Assembly: GCA_036172245.1 (NCBI GenBank)
Contig: JAYWIR010000002.1
Coordinates: 6,634,001-6,698,000 of the forward strand
DNA: 64,000 bases
Source: Raillietiella orientalis
Taxonomy: Eukaryota
Reading direction: 5' to 3'
Shown here: piece after piece, positions 26,551 through 39,150 of the stretch
How the letters are laid out: every line of letters begins with the position of its first letter
How positions within the stretch are numbered: the stretch's first letter is position 1
Translations under genes and position numbers: made by a program
Notes under the pieces: generated by a model
Database searches by the model: none
The model's input: only the letters and a program-made list of their open reading frames with translations
Told to the model about the DNA's origin: nothing

Positions 26551-28546
26551 GTCTTCCTCCTTCTCCCCCCTCCTTCCCCATCCACGCCTCCGCTCGGAGA
26601 GCGACCGCTCCCGCGGACCCTGCGGCGGAACTCTTACGAAACAAGTGGCACTCCTGGGAGCGTGCTGGCACCATGGCAGCAAAGGAACGGCGCCCCAACC
26701 TTGGCCTTAGGGGCCGAGGGTGCAATTGTGCACCACGAACACTCCCAGGAAGGCGGAGTTTTTTCGTTCAGCCGTTCGTTTGCTGCCGCGGCGCCCCTTC
26801 CGCACGGCGCTGAAGTGCGTGCGTGTGGTGCGTGCGACCCGCAACGGAGCGTCACCACCGCATGCGTGGCGGCAAGCAGAGGAACGCGCACGCGTGGGAG
26901 GCCGCTCCATGCCGCCACTCCCCAGTTCACCTAACTGGACCGCGGACACATCGAGAGAAGAACCCATTAAAACGTGCCTCCGCCATCAGGAAGCGGGCGC
27001 GCAATCAGCGTCACTCAAACATCAACGCATGCGCAGAGCATATGCAAATTACTCCGCAGGATGACGACAGCAACGGAAGATGGGAGCAGTCCCGCGCGCA
27101 TGGCGCCCGCCCGCGTGCGCGGGCGAAATGCTCGCGACCTCGCCGGACGAGGAAGTCGGAGATCGCTCGCATCGGCGCGTAAGCGCCTGGAGCGCACATT
27201 CGGGAAGTTCGCTCTCGCCGCGCGCGTTGCCATGACAGATGGCTGCTGCCGTGCGGTGAGGGGGATCTTTGGGCGCGGACAGCGGCGAGAGGCAAGTTCA
27301 TCAGTTTGTCCCCCGGTCATCCTGGGAGGCTTCCAGACGTGTCCGATTCCGAACCCAGTAACGCATCCAGCCTTTGACGGATGCCAGGGCGCCGCGGGCG
27401 CGTGCGATCCGAGGCAGGGGTCCACCGCCCATTCCGCCGCGCCAGTATCCCTCGCCCGTCGCACCTCGGCGTGGCGCCGTTGCCGGCGCTCCCAGCCGCC
27501 GCGGGAGCGCGCAGCAGTCGAAGCAGCGCGCCATCTGTCCGCCGGACGGTTCGACGGCGCGGAAGACGCGCGCGCGACTCCGCTTACCCTCACGCAGCGC
27601 GGGGGACGAAATCGATGCGGAGCAGCTCAGTCACAGCCCATTCGTACTTGTGGGGATCGGCGAATGGTGGGCAAACCCCCTTTCCTTTCCTCCTGCTCTC
27701 TCTCCAAAAACAACAAACCCCCAAGGCAGCAGCGCATTTTTATTTTTATTTTTTTTTTCCTTTCAAAGTGATGAAAGGACGCAGAGGCGTTTCCTTGCAC
27801 TCTGGCGATGTGTGGTCCTGAAGGAATGCACGGCGCTCGCACGAGGTGGGCAGGAATGCTCCCCACGAGCGTACTCAGCGTCCACTTTGCAGGCCGGTGG
27901 TTCGCACTTGCATTGTCCGCCGCAGCCGAGGCGGGCGCAGCGTGATTTCGGCAGAGAGACGTCAGAGTCGTCCGGCCCGGAGTGGAATGCGTCCGTCCGC
28001 CGGGTGCCTGAAAGCGAAAGTGAAGTGGAATGCATCCGCCAAACAAAAGATCAGCATCCCGAGATGACCCTCTTGATCGCGCGAGAGCAGAAAGCCGCGA
28101 GCGAACAGACACTCCCGAGAAGCAAACATGGCGGCAGCGCACGCGCCGCTCGCGGCAGAGCCTCGAAGCGCTGAGAAAAGGGGTAGGGGGAGCTTCCTTT
28201 CTGGAGAGAAGGAGGTTAGTATGGGGTCTCTTCGAAGCCCAAGGGTCCAAAGAAGAGTTCCTCCTTCTCCTCTGGCCACCTCGGATCTCTTGAGATCGAA
28301 AGGGACGAAGAGAGGTTGCGAGCGAGCAGGAGATGGACGACAACATCTATCAACTGCCTCGATCGCTTGCCGATCTTCCAGGGGGCGCCTGGCAAGCATC
28401 GAAGTCCGATAGCAGGAGGCACCCGCGGGGAACAGGAGACTACTGCGCACCCCGCCTCACCCCATTTCACTCTGGCAGATCGCCGCAGAGAAACCCATGC
28501 CGGTCGAGACGGTCAGCCACAGGCCAGAACCGCGCCCCAAGGCACT

Positions 28547-29295
28547 CTTTTTTTTTCATCTCTCAAGGAGTGCTGAAGCAACGCCCGCCTCCTCGGGGGG
28601 GCCTCACGAAGCCCTTTGGCGCTGTCCACGCCACCCAGGGGTGCGTGCAGTGACTCTTCAAGTTTGGGGTACCTTGAGAGGAGACCACTCTATGAAGCCA
28701 GGGAGGTTTCGGCTGAAGGAGTCCGTTCCTCTCAAGCTTGGGAGGCAACTCCGAAGAAAATCCTCATTCTCATTTTCTCCGGAGGAATCCCCCGGTTTAT
28801 GGGAGCCTTCCCTCGTTTCTTCTTCGAAGGAAACTCGGAAAGGATCCGCTCCCAAACTTCTTCCCTGGTGGGATCCCGCAAAAGAACCGCTCCTGGTTTC
28901 CTCTTCCTATGAGGGGAACCCCGAAGGGACACTTCCCAGTTTCTCTGAAGGGAGCTTCTCGACACTCTGAAGAGGTAACCCTCTGGGAGGAAGGTGCCAA
29001 CCAGCTCCATGGAACGGTCCCGCTTGCTCAACCGGAAAGGAACCTCGAAAGACTTCTTGATATTCTGGAAGGACCCGGAGGGTCAACTTCCGATCTTGGA
29101 GTCCAATCAACGGGGGCATCCAGCTTCCACCAGTGCTGTACCCGAAGTCACCCGAGTTCAACCAGCGTCATCCTGCGGAGATGAGGGGACTCGATGCACC
29201 CTCCACTCTAGGCATCAATCCTCCACGTGGTGGATTGGAACCCGCGACGTTTGGTGCCAATCGCGAAGGCCGCCAGCCACGTGGTCGCCAACTCA
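28547..29295 (-). mobile_element. tRNA-headed SINE-like element, copy B
   Basis: Colinear with copy C in reverse. Head GTTGGCG..GCGGGTTCCAATCC; tail is the T-run near 28548-28557 on the + strand. Confidence 0.7.
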
Positions 29296-29329
29296 GACAG
29301 ACTCTTCTAGAACGTGCCGCTCGTCAGCG

Positions 29330-29650
29330 GGAAAAAATCAGGAATTTTTGCCCATCCCTTTTTGCTGGTGAACAGTGGAGCCACCTTGAACCCTCAGGAG
29401 CGGCCGGACGCAGGCTTCATCCATGTGCTCGGCCGTTTCTCCCCTCGCACCGTCCGTCTCAGCTGGTGGGAAGGAGCGCACTTCCGGAGAATGGCCGGTG
29501 GGCTGCAGCCTCTCTCCCGATCCCGCAAGGGCGTGGCGGGCCGTTTTCCTCGCTCTGCGCTCTCGCCTCGAAGACCCAGGACATCAATTTGCCCGCTTCT
29601 CACGCCTTTTCCCTTTCCTATCCTCCCCGGCGGGGACTCCGGTGTGCCGC
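29330..29650 (+). mobile_element. DIRS-type RT fragment abutting SINE-like copy B
   Basis: DAGFIHV..TVRLSWWEGAHFRRMAGGL resembles DAYFHV..LRFxWxG..FxxLPFGL. Confidence 0.55.
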
Positions 29651-31279
29651 CGCGCGTTCTTGGCGCTCCGGTCTTCCCAAGCCGTTCGGAAATTCCTCTT
29701 GGAGCGGACCGCGCACTTCAAGTCCCACGAGCTCTCCCCTAGGCGGGCGGCGACCGCCGACGCCGAAAGGTGGATCCGGATAAAACTCGCAGGGAAGGAC
29801 CGGACTCCCCATCAGATGGGCGTTGTCGGGAGGCGAGTGTGGTGGAAGGCAGGATCCCGGTGCGGAAGGAAAGAAGAAACGAGGAACCAGGCGAGCTTTG
29901 CGGACGAGCCGATGCGGTGCCAGCGCGGCTCCCTGTGCCTCCTCGTTCGCGGATGCCGGAGCTTTCGCACCCGAAACAGAAAAACGCGCACGCGCGCGAG
30001 CGTTTCTTCCCATCCTCGTGTTTCCTCCCGGTCCCCACCTCCGTGGCTTGACGTGCGGAGAAAGCTGAGGTCTCGTGATTGCTACTTGGACAGCGGCTCA
30101 TCAGGGCTGGCTCGGAGAACCGCGAGATGCTGGCGAATTGATTGCCTTCCTTGGCAGCGAGAGGAGGGAGAACGTGCGCGTCCCGCGAAGCCGGCTGCTG
30201 CCACTCTGCAATTAACGTCAGCCTCCACTCCGCTGGGCTCTTCGCCTTCGCCCGCCTTCCTCCCAAGCGGCGAGCAGGTTCCCCCGGACTTGCGTGTCGT
30301 TTTTCTCGCCTCTTCCCGTGTCTGTGCGTGCGTGTGTCTGTGCGTGCGTGCTTGCCTGCCTGCGTTCTGTGCGCGCGGTTCGCGCGCGTCCCTTCCCTCT
30401 CATCATGCCCTGGAGATGCCTCTCGCGACCAGCGACTTAATTAATCGCTAACGAACGCGCCCGATGCGCGCGCGCGCCTCAAGCCGGAAGCCTGGCAAGA
30501 CGTCGGTCGCCGCCGCCGCGGCGGAGGCAGCAGCACCCCCCTGCCTTTGTTTCTCCGGGAAAAAAACATCTAAATCTGTAACAGGAGATTACACTGATAG
30601 ATGCCAACGAAAGACGCCTGAGCAAAGGTTACAAAGATCTCGGGGTTCCCCACAAGCAGATGTACCTTCGCGAGTTGTCATGGGGCGCGTTCGGAAGAGG
30701 AAATTTCGCTGGCGTACGCAGGAAGAGGGAAGAAGGGAGGGAGGGAGGGAAGGAAGAAGAAGAGGAGGAAGAAGAAAAAATCGGTTCCCTTGGCAGGCGA
30801 ACGAGAGGGAGAACTGGAGCGCAAATGGGTATCGGATGAACGGGAATGCCTGCTCCGAGATGACGAAAGCCTTTCAGGAATATGTGCTGCTTCGTCCAAA
30901 GTTGCCCATGGAGATCGAATGTTCCGTTTTCTTCCTTTCCTTTTTTTTTTTTTTTTGTCTTTCCTCTTGGCGGAGGGCGGACGAGAACGGCAGGCACTCC
31001 CAGCTGGAACTCTCTCCCAATCCTTCCACAAGAGCGCCGAGCCGCCTTCGAGAGCAGGGGACGCCGAGCCACGCATCGGAAATGTGTGGGCGGGGCTTCG
31101 CGTCCGGAAATGCGACCTGGACCGAGGGTCACGTTCCAAGTCAGACTGCATCGCGACGACACTCCCCCCCCGATCCAACACGAAGCGGATCCGCTTGCGC
31201 TTCACGAAGCGGCACCAACTTCGGTCGAGACGGCTGATGGGGCAGAAGAGAGGGGAATCGAAGGGGTCGCTGCACTCGT

Positions 31280-32330
31280 GGCATGGGGTTTCGTTTCCTT
31301 GGGCTCAACAGATTTTTCCCCCTCGAAGGGTTACCAGTCTTCCGCATCGAAGAAGCTCGCGCAGAGCGACCCGTGAAAGTCGGGTTGCAAGCGGGGACGG
31401 CGTGCAAAGGTCCATCCGCATGGAGCTCGCACAGATCGCTCGGTAAGGCGGGACACAGGTTGTCGAAACCGCCGCAGGGCGCGCGGCTTTCGAGTCGCTT
31501 TCACAAGAGCCTGAGATGCGCCACGTTCATGTGGCAGCGAACTGCACCGCTGGCACTTTCAGGAAAGGTCGCTCCTCGTGAGGTAGGCAGCTACAGCTGA
31601 CTGACTAGAGCAAGGTCAAGCATAGCTGTGAAGACCCGCCAAAAAGTGTCCCTCGAAGCCGCAGTGGACGAAGCAGGAACTTATCTCGGAGAAAACGCAG
31701 AAGACTTTCCTCTGTGTGATCCCTTATGAACTTGGGAAGCGAGCGAAGATCCTGCAGGAATCTCGGCAAGTGGAACGGGCTTCCTATCATCCCAAAGATG
31801 GATGAGGTCAGTCTAGTTGCAGGCGCGCGCGGAAGCAACCAGGATCGCTCTCAGCTTCCGCCGCCACCGACTGGATCAAATCTTCCATCACCCAGTCTCC
31901 CCCCCCGCAGTCTCCTGGACGACTGCAGAGGGATCTCCCACGGGTGCGACTTCATCTCGAAGCCGAAAACACGTGGACTCTCAGAAGTCACTCGAGAAGG
32001 TGCCAGTCACCTGGTCAGCCTCGTGGACAGTGACCTTGCGCGCCCGCTGCTGCTATTCGACTGTTCATGAGATCACCCTTCCGTTGCCCCTTCCACCCTT
32101 CCGTCGTGCAAGGAACAGCAGCATCCCTCCGAACCTCTCTTCAGGAACTTTTCCGCGCTTCCTTCCTCCCTGCCAGTGACGTGGTCGACTGCTCCACGTC
32201 CTCTCATCCGGTTGGTCATCGACACCAATGTGGCCCGCATCCCTTGGGAGCTACGCTGGGTCCCCTACGCCCCATCTCCAGGAAAGCAGAGCGAAGATAG
32301 TATTCGGCTGCCACGGGGACTCCGGACTGA
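31280..32330 (+). mobile_element. Degenerate DIRS-type RT, RNase H, MT-like
   Basis: LNRFF..FRIEE, LSSRFHKSLR (RT), NLGKWNGLPIIP (~31759; typical DIRS RT-RNase H linker), FISKPKTRG, YAGSP. Confidence 0.68.
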
Positions 32331-33559
32331 ACGCAAGAAGTCCTGTTAACTCATGGGGGTCGGTTCTCGACTTCCGAAGACGTTCGGTTCTCGTGACTGA
32401 CTCGGGTGAGCCGTGGTGGCAAACGAGTGGCAAAGTCAAACGGAGGCGGTGCGTCCGGTCGCCCAAAAGAGGAGGCAACTTAGAGGGAATCCGCGGACCA
32501 CGTAAACGTGGAGACTGAACGGAAAAAGCTGCGTCCTTTCGAGGACGAATATTCCATCTGCCGAAAATCGCATCGGGAAGGGCGACAGCGGCGCCCTGGA
32601 GAAGCCGCAGAATTTTCCAGCTGGTAAGTCCTCGGTCTGTATTCGTATTATTCGTGTCGTAAAAGAGTACATAAAGGAAAATCTAAAACAAATAGAACAC
32701 TCCACGTATCCATGCGAGATCCAGCTCAAATCACTACACTTGATAACCCAACACACACTTGTTGACATCCACAAGGAGGCGCGCGGCGGAGCCACTCACC
32801 TTTTGCTGCCACCGCCGCTACCGAACCACGGCGAAGCCCCCGCGGCAGTCACATCGCAGATGGGAAAAGGGAAGGACAAAGAGAGGCGACCGAGATCGCG
32901 AAGGAGAAAATCTCCGGGAGGAAACTCCTCGGTGCAGCCGGCTCGGGATGGCGACATCCCGCTGAAGTCGTCCGGAAACTTGCTCCCGTGGAACCCCGCC
33001 GCAAAGTGGAGTGATGGGGAGTCGGTTTCCCCCTCGCCTGGAAGAGGGTGGCGGGTAAGGCGGGCGCGAGGCCAGGAGCAAGACAAGGGCCCCGAGGTGG
33101 CGACGGACGACGAATGTGCAGCGTCAGAGTTCGGATGCGCAGGTTCCCGGTTGCCGAGTGACCGCGGCCGGTTTTCGCTTAGATATGTGCGCGCACTGAT
33201 GCATGCGCTTTCCAATTACCACAATAAGCAGAGGTCTCAAGAGAATCTCGAAAGATCGCTCTCGAGATGACAGCGGAATGCTCTTCGCCGAATGTTCCGA
33301 GCGGCGTCGCCGAAGAGGAATGCGACCTGCGGGAAACGGCAGGGGTAGTCGCAAGCCACGGAGGAAGGAAAAGGCGGGAGGGGCGAGATGGGAAGTGGCA
33401 TGATGCCAAAATCGAGGAAGGCCATTCGTCGAAGAGAAAGTCAGCAAGGCGGTCTCGGTCAGGAAAGTCGCCTCCGACAAAGGAGTGACAGCCTGAAATA
33501 TGAAGTGATCGGGCGAAGCGAACGAGGCCCTCTGGAGCGCCTGTTTGAAGAGAACCGAC

Positions 33560-33900
33560 CCGATGATGAGAGATTGCCGATGGGGGAGGGGAAGGTAGGG
33601 GCTCCTCCCACGTCCTCTCGGCAACGATTCGTCGGAGGAACCCTCGTCTTGAGCTTTTCCCCTCGTCCTCCTCAGACAGCAGCAGGTTGTAGCCATCTCC
33701 CTGAACGGATCAGGGAAAACGACCCGGGAACGACCAAGGGAAAAGGCGTGGTAATTTCGGGGAACGCTGCAGCGATCATTGTGGAGAGATCCCGACGAGC
33801 TTCCCGAAAGATCGGACAGCCTCCCACAGGGACCGAGATCTCTCCCATTCGGTCTCCGCTTTCCGTCATCCGCGGATCCCCTCACTCCGCGTGCGCGCTC
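33560..33900 (+). mobile_element. Possible DIRS pre-RT fragment
   Basis: GGTLVLSFSPRPP..KGKGVV resembles the GYxLxFxxxPP..LLxKGAI segment upstream of DIRS RT. Confidence 0.35.
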
Positions 33901-34231
33901 ACTTCGAGATAATCCAGGGGACCGGGAAGGAGGAAGCGCGTCTCAGAGAGCACGCGGCCATTGGACGTAATTTATACGAGATGAGGATGCGGAAGAAGCA
34001 GTCAGCAGAAGGATGCATGGCTCCATGAATCACCATGGACTGCTCCGCGGTGGGAGCAGGAAGCGGAGCGCCAAGAGGAAATGCCGCCTCGAACCTTCGG
34101 TTCGAAGAGCGCCTCGAATAAATCAAAGAGAGCTCCAGACGGGAATGTCAGTCGGTGACGCGTCGGGATGCACGAAGGAAGCGAAGCGCCTTCCTTCCCC
34201 GGCTCCCCCCCCACGCGGAGGGGGAGAGGAA

Positions 34232-34983
34232 GGCGGCCCGCGTTGGCGCGGCCGTGTGGACGCTGCCTCCACGCGTGGCACTGAGTGTTGCGGGTTCGAA
34301 TCTCGCCCGGAGAAGGATCAACGCCGGGAATGAGGGGTGCATTGTGGTTTTGAACCTCCGCCGGGGGATGACGCTGAATGACCTCGGGTGGCTTAGGGTG
34401 CGGCACTGGGGGAAGCTGGATGCCCCGTTGACCGGCCTCCAGGATTGGAAGTTGACCCTCCGGGACATCAAAGAACCCTTCAGGGTATCCCTTCTCCGGT
34501 TTCGAAAGTGAGACCGTTCCATGGAGCTGGTTGGCACCCTCCTCCCAGGGGGGTATCTCTCCAGAGCGTCAACAAGTCCCCTTCAGAGAAACTAGGAAGC
34601 ATTCCTTCGGGGGGCTCTCTTCAGTGGAGGACACCAGGAGCGGTTCTTTTGCGGCTGCCCTCCGGAGAAGAAATTCCAGGAGCGTATCCTCTCTCTTCAG
34701 AGAATAAATAATAGACCGGCCTCCACTAACCGGGGAGTTCCTCCGGAGAAAATGAGGGTGAGGGTTTCCTTCGGAGTTGCCTCCCAAGCGTGAGAGGAAC
34801 GGACTCCTGTCGGAGCCTCCCTGGATTCATGAGATGGTCCCCTCCTGGGCACTCCTTAACTTGAGGAGTCATCGCACGCACCCCTGGATGGCGTAGACCG
34901 CTCCAAAGGGCTTTATGAGCTCCCCCCGAGCAGTCGGGCGTTTCTTCAGCAGTCGGCGAACCAAAGGGAAAAGAGAAAAAAAG
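34232..34983 (+). mobile_element. tRNA-headed SINE-like element, copy C
   Basis: 5' GTTGGCGC (A-box-like), then GCGGG TTCGAAT CTCGC (T-arm/B box, ~34290-34306), ~650 nt body homologous to copies A and B, A-rich 3' end. Confidence 0.7.
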
Positions 34984-36059
34984 GACGGCAAGAAAGAAGC
35001 TTAGCCTTCCAAGAACGCGCCAGCCGAAGGAGCTGCAGCTGGAGGAACGCGCACACCTCATGCACCGGTGGAAGCAGCAGCCGGAGCAGAGGGTATCCCG
35101 GAGGCGTCAGGGAAACGGGGGGGAAGGAGGAGAGGCGAGGTTTCGGAAGATGTAGTTCAGTGAGCAGGAGGACGGCTCGATGGGCACTCAGAGTGGACGG
35201 CGGCTCCTCCCGGACAGTAAGATGAGAAGGAGATGCGGTGACAATCCAAATGATCTCGTTTTTTTCTTCCCTCTGCTCCTCCGATTGAGGTTCCCGAAGG
35301 TCACGCGGCCGAGGCAGTAGGCAAAAAATCGATAAGGAAGTGTAGAGGGCGCCGGAGCCATTCGGCGTGCGTGCGGGCAAGAGATTCCGGGATGGGCGCG
35401 CAGGAAGGCAGGGAGCCGAAACTTTCATCCGGGATCACGGGGAAACGGAAGGCCCCAAACTGCGCAGCCCGGAAACCATTCTCTTCCGGCGCGGTGGCGG
35501 AAGGCGATTTGCGGGTAGGAACGGGCCTCTGGGCAGGAACGAGCGAGATGCGGATGCTGGTCGAGCAGCGCTGCTGCTGCCACCCGCGCAGAAGCGCGGA
35601 AGCCGCGAAAGTCCCTGGAAGGGGAAAGGAGAAAGAGGGTCGGGAGGGAGCGACCAGGTGCAACCAGAAGCTGTGCACTGCAGCTCTCGGATTGCGCTAC
35701 CGCCTTCCCGATGCTCTCCCTCCACTTGGCGCTCCTGCACGCGCGGACGCGGGGACTCCGTGAACCGTCCGAGGAAGCGAAGCGCTCCCTCTCTCGTGGC
35801 GTGGGATGGACACGCGCGAGCCTGGAACAAAGGGCGCAAGAAGGGGAGGCGTCGGGATGACTGGGGCAATCCCCCGTAACGCTCCGAGTGCGGCTCCTCC
35901 ACACGGAGACGTTGCCCCCCGACAAGCGTTTGACACCGCCGCCACGGGGACCCGGTGACCTCGTCCTGAACAGCAGAAGCGGCAGCCTGCTGTTGCTGCT
36001 GCCTCCACGCACCTTTTCTTGCGGTTCTCCACACCCGGGAGGAATTCCTCCTCGCTCAA

Positions 36060-37900
36060 GCGCGCGCATCTGCCTCCTCTCAGAGAAAGCATCCGCCGGG
36101 AGGGGATTGAGTTGCCGCCGCCATCCCACGATAATTTCTCATCTCTTTCTCTACCGCTCACCGGCGTGTCATTTCAATCGAGCGGTCACCGAAGTCTCCC
36201 CATTCACTGAATGGACCTCTCCTCCCTAATGAGAGGAAGCCGCAGCTCCGCGCGCCGGGGTTCGGCGGAGCGCCCGGTGGCAGCCCCGTCGGAGGTGGCT
36301 CTGCTACTACCGCGAGCGCGCGGTTCCAGGGAGGGAGCGGTCGAGGTCCCGGTTGAACCGGCAGAAGAGGTCCGAAGGGCTTCCGGTGGTGCGAGCCCTC
36401 CACCAGACCAGGTAGACCAGGTGACGGGAAAGACCAGGGCGACGGGATGCCCGCGGCTCACAGGTGCTGACAATAGGGACGGGGGGCTTAGCCGTGTAAT
36501 CTTCCTTGTAGGGTGCGGCGCCTAATTCCCCAGCTTGTCAGCGTGCGGAGAGAGGTCGGCGACAGTAATCCCTCGCGCTGGCGGGCGGGTGACGCACGAG
36601 GAGGGCCTCACAATGGGGGCTGCCCGCCCCGGGAGCCAATAACGCGAACGCCTCGCGCCGCATGCGCGCGCACCCCGTCGACCGGCCGAGCCACAGGAGG
36701 CGGCGGCGGGCGAGACTCGAGGCAGGCAAGCAGCGAGCAAGCGCCGTCGTTACCTCTTCCCATTCCCCCCCTCTCTCCCTCCCTTTCCTTCCCCCCGGGG
36801 GATTTTTGGGAGCCGCCGGGAGAGACAGAGCGCGCGCGCGCGTTCCAAGAGATCCCCGGACGGAGGGAAGGGCTGTCCCGCGGCTCCAGGAAAGGCGGTG
36901 GCAAGATTGGCCCTTTCGGGTGCTAACGCTGGCAACACGGATGCTGGCGCCAATGACTCCGCTGACGATGATAAAGCATGCACCTGCGTCCTCGGACGGT
37001 CCAGAAGAACAGCTTCCTCGAAGAGAAGAGGATGACGGCCGTGACAGCCAGAGGCCGCTGCAAAGCAGGCGGGCGATGCGGAAATCGGGGAAGGTCGGCC
37101 GCCAGGCCCGGAAGTGGACGAAGGCTAGTGACGAGTCGTTCCGTCCGTTCCCTTCCAAGCGCGCATCATCGTACGGCTCTTGTCGCCTCCCTCCAGGACT
37201 CGCCTTCCTCCTCTCGTCGCTTTCACCTCCTGAGCGGCGGAGCGGGAAAACCCCAGCCTGCCCCGCAGCGCACCGTGGGAGCCGCCTCACCTGGCGTTCG
37301 GAGCGCGCGCACTCCCAGAGCCACCCGGAGGAAAAGGCTGCCCTGCAGCCGCTGGAGCGGGAGGAGCGTGCGAAGACGCAGTGGCTCCCAGAAGTGTGCT
37401 CACTCCTCTGCCACGTCACCCGCGGCAAACGAGACACGGCGCGGCTACGAGCTCGATGGAGGACTGGCAAGAGCCAGCAGCCCCCTCTCCGACGGAGACG
37501 TCTCCTTGGAAACGGCGCCTCTTTCGTAGCATGGGGCACAATGGCGCCCCGGGAAGAACCTCGCGTGCGGCGTTGGCCGCGGCGGGCCGCGGAACCCGCC
37601 CCAGGCGAGACGGGAATTTCACTCGTTCCTCTTTCTCCCGACAAAGGCGCTCGGTCCATTCCTTTCAGACGGCCCCCACCTGCTTTCTAGCCCACCCCGT
37701 TCCTCCGGGAAGTTGTGGCGCTTGCACTGCCTCCGCTTCCTATCAGCCGGGAAGGCAGAAAACCGGGAACGACCGGGAGAGTGGTCTCGAGAGCCTTCGG
37801 AGGGAAGTCTCCGTGCCCTCCTCCGTCATCCGGCAAAGCTCGGAGGGCGGAGAGAAGGGTGAAATGGGGTCTCTTCCCCCCTCCCTCTCCTCTTCCCTCT
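36060..37900 (+). mobile_element. Possible DIRS-type relic
   Basis: LSEKAS..IISHLFL (RT start), later LAFLLSSL (MT-like). Weak and heavily GC-shifted. Confidence 0.35.
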
Positions 37901-38379
37901 CCTGTCACGTGCGCTTCTCCCGGCGGTCGCAAATTTGTCGGTACCGCCGCTTCCTCGCGTCTCTTCCTCCTCCTCCTCCTCGTCCCCGTTCGGGCGCCGC
38001 TGATTGGCGGAGGGTCCGCTCGAAAGCTGCGCGACGGCGAAGCGCGCGTTTCGCCGTGCGATGGCCGGCGGGTGGGGATGCAGCGGGAAGGAGAAGGAGA
38101 GGCAGCGACAGCTCCCGGACCCTTTGCCAATGGGAAGAGCGAGCGGGCGGCGGCAGTCGGCAGGAAAGCGCGGCTCCCTGGACAGGGCGGAAAGGAGGAT
38201 CCCTGCCCGTCCCCCTCGGCAAAGGGGATGCTTGCCTCCTCACTAGACGGGCAAGGAGCCCTGGGGGGAAGTCTCTGTAGAAGGGCCCGCACCTAGCGGC
38301 CCTGCGCTGTCCCTGCCATGCTCCCCTACGGCAGCTGCACGCAGCAGCGTCCATTGTGGTTCCACGATGAGCCGATGGT

Positions 38380-39150
38380 GCTGATGCTGCGCTGCGGATG
38401 ACCGGAATCCTGCTGCTGACGCAGGTTTCGACGCTCGGGATGATGATGACGACGATCCCATTTCTGATGACGCATCCGTTTCCTCTCGGTTCCCGTTGCC
38501 TGGAGCTTTTTTGGAGGACCACGGCGCATCGCAGGGGAGCGGCATGCCTCTGCCCTTGGCGGGACCGCAATAGCGAGGAACGGAGGGCACATGGGGTGCA
38601 GCGCTACATCCCCGTTGAATTCTCGATGTCCCTTAGGGGTGTATCCCGAGGGTCCTCGGAGCGGAGGGTCTCTCTCCCCCTTTAGCCCCCCATTGTGGTT
38701 GCCTTTCCTCGGAAGGCGCGCGGGAGTTATGCTTTCCCCAAACACTACAACGCACCCCTCAAGGCGGGGAAGGGCTCCTCTAAAAGCTGCCCCAGTTGCT
38801 TCCAACCCCCCCAGCCTTCCCCCGCTTCCGCGAAGAGCGCGTGTTTCCGTGATGACGAGGGCGTCTCCCAGAGGGAAGAGCTACGCTGCACGGCGGGCGC
38901 ACCAGGCCGGAATTCCCGACAGAGTTCGGGCTCGGAGCCTTCGGTCCTGACAAATGGGTAGAGGAAATGGGAATGGGCTTCTTTCGAATCGCAGGGAGAC
39001 GAAGGAGGGAGTGGGAAGCGCTAGGTTTCTCCAGACACGTCCCTGTCCCCTCGGCTCCCCGTTCCTTTCGCACGCCCACCAGAGACCTCGCTGACCACCC
39101 CTGGCCCTATTTCCAGGTCATCATGAATGGTGATGCACACGTTGGCACTC
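38380..39150 (+). mobile_element. DIRS-type RT end, RNase H, MT-like relic
   Basis: TQVSTLGMMMTTIPFLMTHP (TQxxxFLGxxxDTxxMxxxLP-like), SPNTTT..RRG, GIPDRVRARSL, DHPWPY. Confidence 0.55.

Noticed and set aside
34232..34312. Functional tRNA gene
   Set aside because: Only the T-arm folds; no clear acceptor or anticodon stems, and it is fused to a repeated 650 nt body.
28547..34983. Copies B and C as inverted terminal repeats of one DIRS element
   Set aside because: The interval holds several separate RT-region fragments with no room for gag after copy B, a third copy exists at 13.7 kb, and the repeat has SINE-like ends.
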